Source: Candidatus Xenobia bacterium (GTDB lineage Bacteria; Vulcanimicrobiota; Xenobia; Xenobiales; QWHO01). Taken from it: DNA of 64,000 nucleotides. The notes under the pieces were generated by a model. It saw nothing but the letters and a program-made list of their open reading frames with translations, did no database searches and was not told the origin of the DNA. Each line of letters starts with the position of its first letter. The stretch's first letter is position 1. Positions 61,365 to 64,000 of the stretch are shown here, one piece after another. A program made the translations under genes and the position numbers. Location: NCBI GenBank assembly GCA_045863235.1, contig BTUM01000012.1, forward strand, positions 60,594 to 124,593, given 5' to 3'.

Positions 61365-64000
61365 TCAGGGTACCGGAACGGCAAAGGGCATCGGCCCGTT
61401 GCCGAAAATCAAGTTGGGGGGATCCGTGTTCCAAAGGGTGCTGGGCACTCGGTACACCTGTGTGACCGAGGCCTGGTCCACTTCTGTGTCAAACGTGGTC
61501 GGATTCACAACCAGGATGAACGGAATATAGTAATAGTTGCTGTCTCCGTTGGCGTCGTTTCTTTCGATCGCGCAGGCATAGAGGAGGCTGTCATCTTCGC
61601 CTTCCTTCCAGGCCTTGAGGTTGGCCCAGACCCAGGCCGCCGGCTCGTTTCCCCCTCGAGCCACCAGCTCCGTGCGATACGCGCTCATGGCCGGCTGGTC
61701 CCCGAGAAACTGAACCGGGCCGGAGTAGCCGAGAAGGTTGGTCTGCTTGGCGAGGACGTGCCAGAAGAGCCCCCCAAATCGGCGGTTGGCGACCGGGTCG
61801 TTGGGGCCGTGGTCCGTATGCAGGTTGTTGTAGTCGTGCAGATCCAGGGCGTCGCAGCTGGTCAGGTAGAGAGTCCGCACTCCGGCGAACGCGTCCAAAG
61901 GCAGCCCTCCCTGTTCTGGCGGCACGGATGGCTCCAGGAGGTCGCCTCGCAGCGGCTCACTGTCCTGACCGAGATCGATCGAGCCGTCGTGGCTTCCGTG
62001 CTGGTCGATGAGCAGAGCATCCGCCGGGTGCCGCAGCTTGACAGTGGCCACCAGAGGAGTGACGAGGCCCTGGTTCGTGGGTGGCTGCTCACTGTCACCC
62101 GCCTCCAATCGAACCCAAACGGCCTCAAAGCCGAGACTGAGAACATTGTCGCTGGAATTGACCGCCGAAGTCGCGGGGATGTTCGGAGGGTTCCTGAGAT
62201 CGGTTACCGGAAGGCGGAATTTCTCGTCGAACACTCCCAATGGGGCGGTAGTCCCGATGTAGGGAACTACCGCCCCGAAGAGGCCCGCGAAGTCAAAATA
62301 CTGTGTGCTTTGAGCACCCTTGAAGATGCCCCTGGTAGCGCTGTAGGTGTGATCGGCCAGGCCGGTCGTCTTGATCAGATCCGTGGCGAGAAGGACCGAG
62401 CCCTCCCATTTGGCGGTCCCAGCGCGTTTCAGTACCAGTTCCTGCCGTCCCCGGCTGACCGTGCTCTCGATGACGACCTGAAGCTGCGTGGGCCCATCCA
62501 CCACGTTGTGCTGCGCGTCCTCGAACCGGAGGTTGCGGGCTTCAACAAGCCAGGTGCCCGCGTTCGGGCGGACGTGTTTGAGCAGCTCCCAGCGTTCCAT
62601 GCCGGCTGGCGTCGTGAGGTCATAGCGACCGGGCATCTCCAGCGCCAGCCGGGTACCGTTTGAGGCGGAGATGGACAGGGTGGGCAGTCCGGCCTCGACA
62701 TCGGCCTGCGCCAGGTCCTCTTGAAAGGCCAGGCTTCCCGGCGGCGGTGCCGGGTCGGACGCGATAAGTGGAATCTTGTAGGCCCTGACCTTGACGAGCA
62801 GTTGGTAACTCCCATCGGCTACGATCGCGTCGGTCTCGAAAAAGAGGCTTGCTTGCGTGCTGGAGTTGCCGGTGATCACATCGCGTGCCAGGAGCTCTGT
62901 TCCGTCGCTCTGCAAGATTCTGACATTCCACAGGTAGTAAAATCCGTACACGGGGTGCGCATCGTCTGAGTTTCCCAGAATCCTGGCTCTGGCCACCAGG
63001 CTCAGTGACTCCCCATGCTCGGGCGCAAAGGGCTGGTTGAAGCTCAATTCTGTAATCTCGACGCTGTAGTCACCGGGGCCTGGATTGAGCGAGGTTACAT
63101 CAAGGTAGAGAGGCTCGGCCTGATCACTGGCCGAGAACGCGCCGCCCTGCGCCGTGACGGTCAAGTTCGCGCGATAGAGGCCGTGGGAAAGGTCGGCGGT
63201 TTGCCATTCCACCTGAAAGTCCGGTCCCAACCGGGTGGACGAGAAGACAGGATTTCCGGCCGGGTTGGTCACCGTCAACTGCCAGGTCAGTTGCGGCTCG
63301 TCCTCGAAATCGCTGGTTTCCGCCTGAGCCCGAAACGTCACCAGAGGCGGAGGGCTGGGAGCAAAGGTGAGCGGGTTGGCGGTGAAGCTGGTGATCTGCA
63401 CCCGTACTCCTCCGCCGGGCACCAGGAAGTCAGCTGTGGCTTCGGCAGGGAGAATGATCGGGTTCCCGTTCCGGTCCACCCGTGACTTCTCGCGCACCTC
63501 CACGCTCAACGAGCCCGTGTAACTCCCGGGGGGAACCGCCTCTCCAGATTCGTCCAGGCGGTCCCAGGGAACGCTCAGCTCGAAGGTCTCGTCGAAGTCC
63601 TGCCACTGGGTTTGCTCAAAGACCCGCCCGGCGTCCTGAATCTCGAGGGACCAGCGGATCTGGGGCTCCTCGAAGAGAATGCTGACCACGTCGGCACGGA
63701 AGGTGGTGGGCTCCTGTCCCTCGGCTGCCTCTGGCTCGAAACGGACGTTCTCGAGGAAAAGCTGCCGCACGCGAGCGGGCACCATGCCGCCCCCGTGAGC
63801 GGTCGCCCGAAGGACGGGTGGGGTGCTGAAGCTGATGGCCTGCCCCTCGACCGAGTAAGGATAGATGACCTGGCCTTCGCGCGCCTGAGCCTCTTGCCGG
63901 AAAGCCTGACTGGAGGCGTATTCCTCGATCAGGCCCTCGGGCACCAGCCTGATGCTCTCAGGTCGCTCTTGCCTGGCCGAGAGCTGCAGGCTGTCCGGGT
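61365..64000 (-). CDS. Large multi-Ig (FlgD-like) protein with a C-terminal caspase-like (clan CD) domain, 5' partial
   Basis: Frame stays open to the window end; WD..D..G..VP.G.Y FlgD-type motif, further W....G.Y Ig repeats; LLIDQHG and LYLTSC. Confidence 0.75.
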   Translation of the reverse strand, partial: PDSLQLSARQERPESIRLVPEGLIEEYASSQAFRQEAQAREGQVIYPYSVEGQAISFSTPPVLRATAHGGGMVPARVRQLFLENVRFEPEAAEGQEPTTFRADVVSILFEEPQIRWSLEIQDAGRVFEQTQWQDFDETFELSVPWDRLDESGEAVPPGSYTGSLSVEVREKSRVDRNGNPIILPAEATADFLVPGGGVRVQITSFTANPLTFAPSPPPLVTFRAQAETSDFEDEPQLTWQLTVTNPAGNPVFSSTRLGPDFQVEWQTADLSHGLYRANLTVTAQGGAFSASDQAEPLYLDVTSLNPGPGDYSVEITELSFNQPFAPEHGESLSLVARARILGNSDDAHPVYGFYYLWNVRILQSDGTELLARDVITGNSSTQASLFFETDAIVADGSYQLLVKVRAYKIPLIASDPAPPPGSLAFQEDLAQADVEAGLPTLSISASNGTRLALEMPGRYDLTTPAGMERWELLKHVRPNAGTWLVEARNLRFEDAQHNVVDGPTQLQVVIESTVSRGRQELVLKRAGTAKWEGSVLLATDLIKTTGLADHTYSATRGIFKGAQSTQYFDFAGLFGAVVPYIGTTAPLGVFDEKFRLPVTDLRNPPNIPATSAVNSSDNVLSLGFEAVWVRLEAGDSEQPPTNQGLVTPLVATVKLRHPADALLIDQHGSHDGSIDLGQDSEPLRGDLLEPSVPPEQGGLPLDAFAGVRTLYLTSCDALDLHDYNNLHTDHGPNDPVANRRFGGLFWHVLAKQTNLLGYSGPVQFLGDQPAMSAYRTELVARGGNEPAAWVWANLKAWKEGEDDSLLYACAIERNDANGDSNYYYIPFILVVNPTTFDTEVDQASVTQVYRVPSTLWNTDPPNLIFGNGPMPFAVPVP

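Overview
GC-rich bacterial window, densely coding; gene style suggests Vulcanimicrobiota/Ca. Eremiobacterota, which is an inference only. It holds metabolic and housekeeping genes: a GH13 amylase, a GcvT plus two CrtI-like oxidoreductases, nadABC behind a palindromic operator, galT, an ABC exporter module, dut, a RecQ-family helicase and two GGDEF signalling proteins, along with many lineage-specific hypotheticals. The most unusual part is the apparently non-coding 9.27-10.56 kb block. A near-consensus sigma70 promoter there drives two tandem leader-peptide/terminator units, the first with a clear antiterminator, in front of tRNA-Pro(TGG), a structured spacer and a non-canonical tRNA-Tyr(GTA); a probable 6S RNA runs the other way. 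This looks like a ribosome-sensing, attenuator-controlled tRNA operon. Other highlights: an ungapped C-terminal motif shared by three unrelated proteins, an Rpn gene with a candidate intragenic antitoxin start, two pseudo-metalloenzymes, a LysM domain inserted into a 10-residue repeat solenoid, and an Ig/clan-CD-protease plus TPR-partner locus followed by an orphan paralog remnant.
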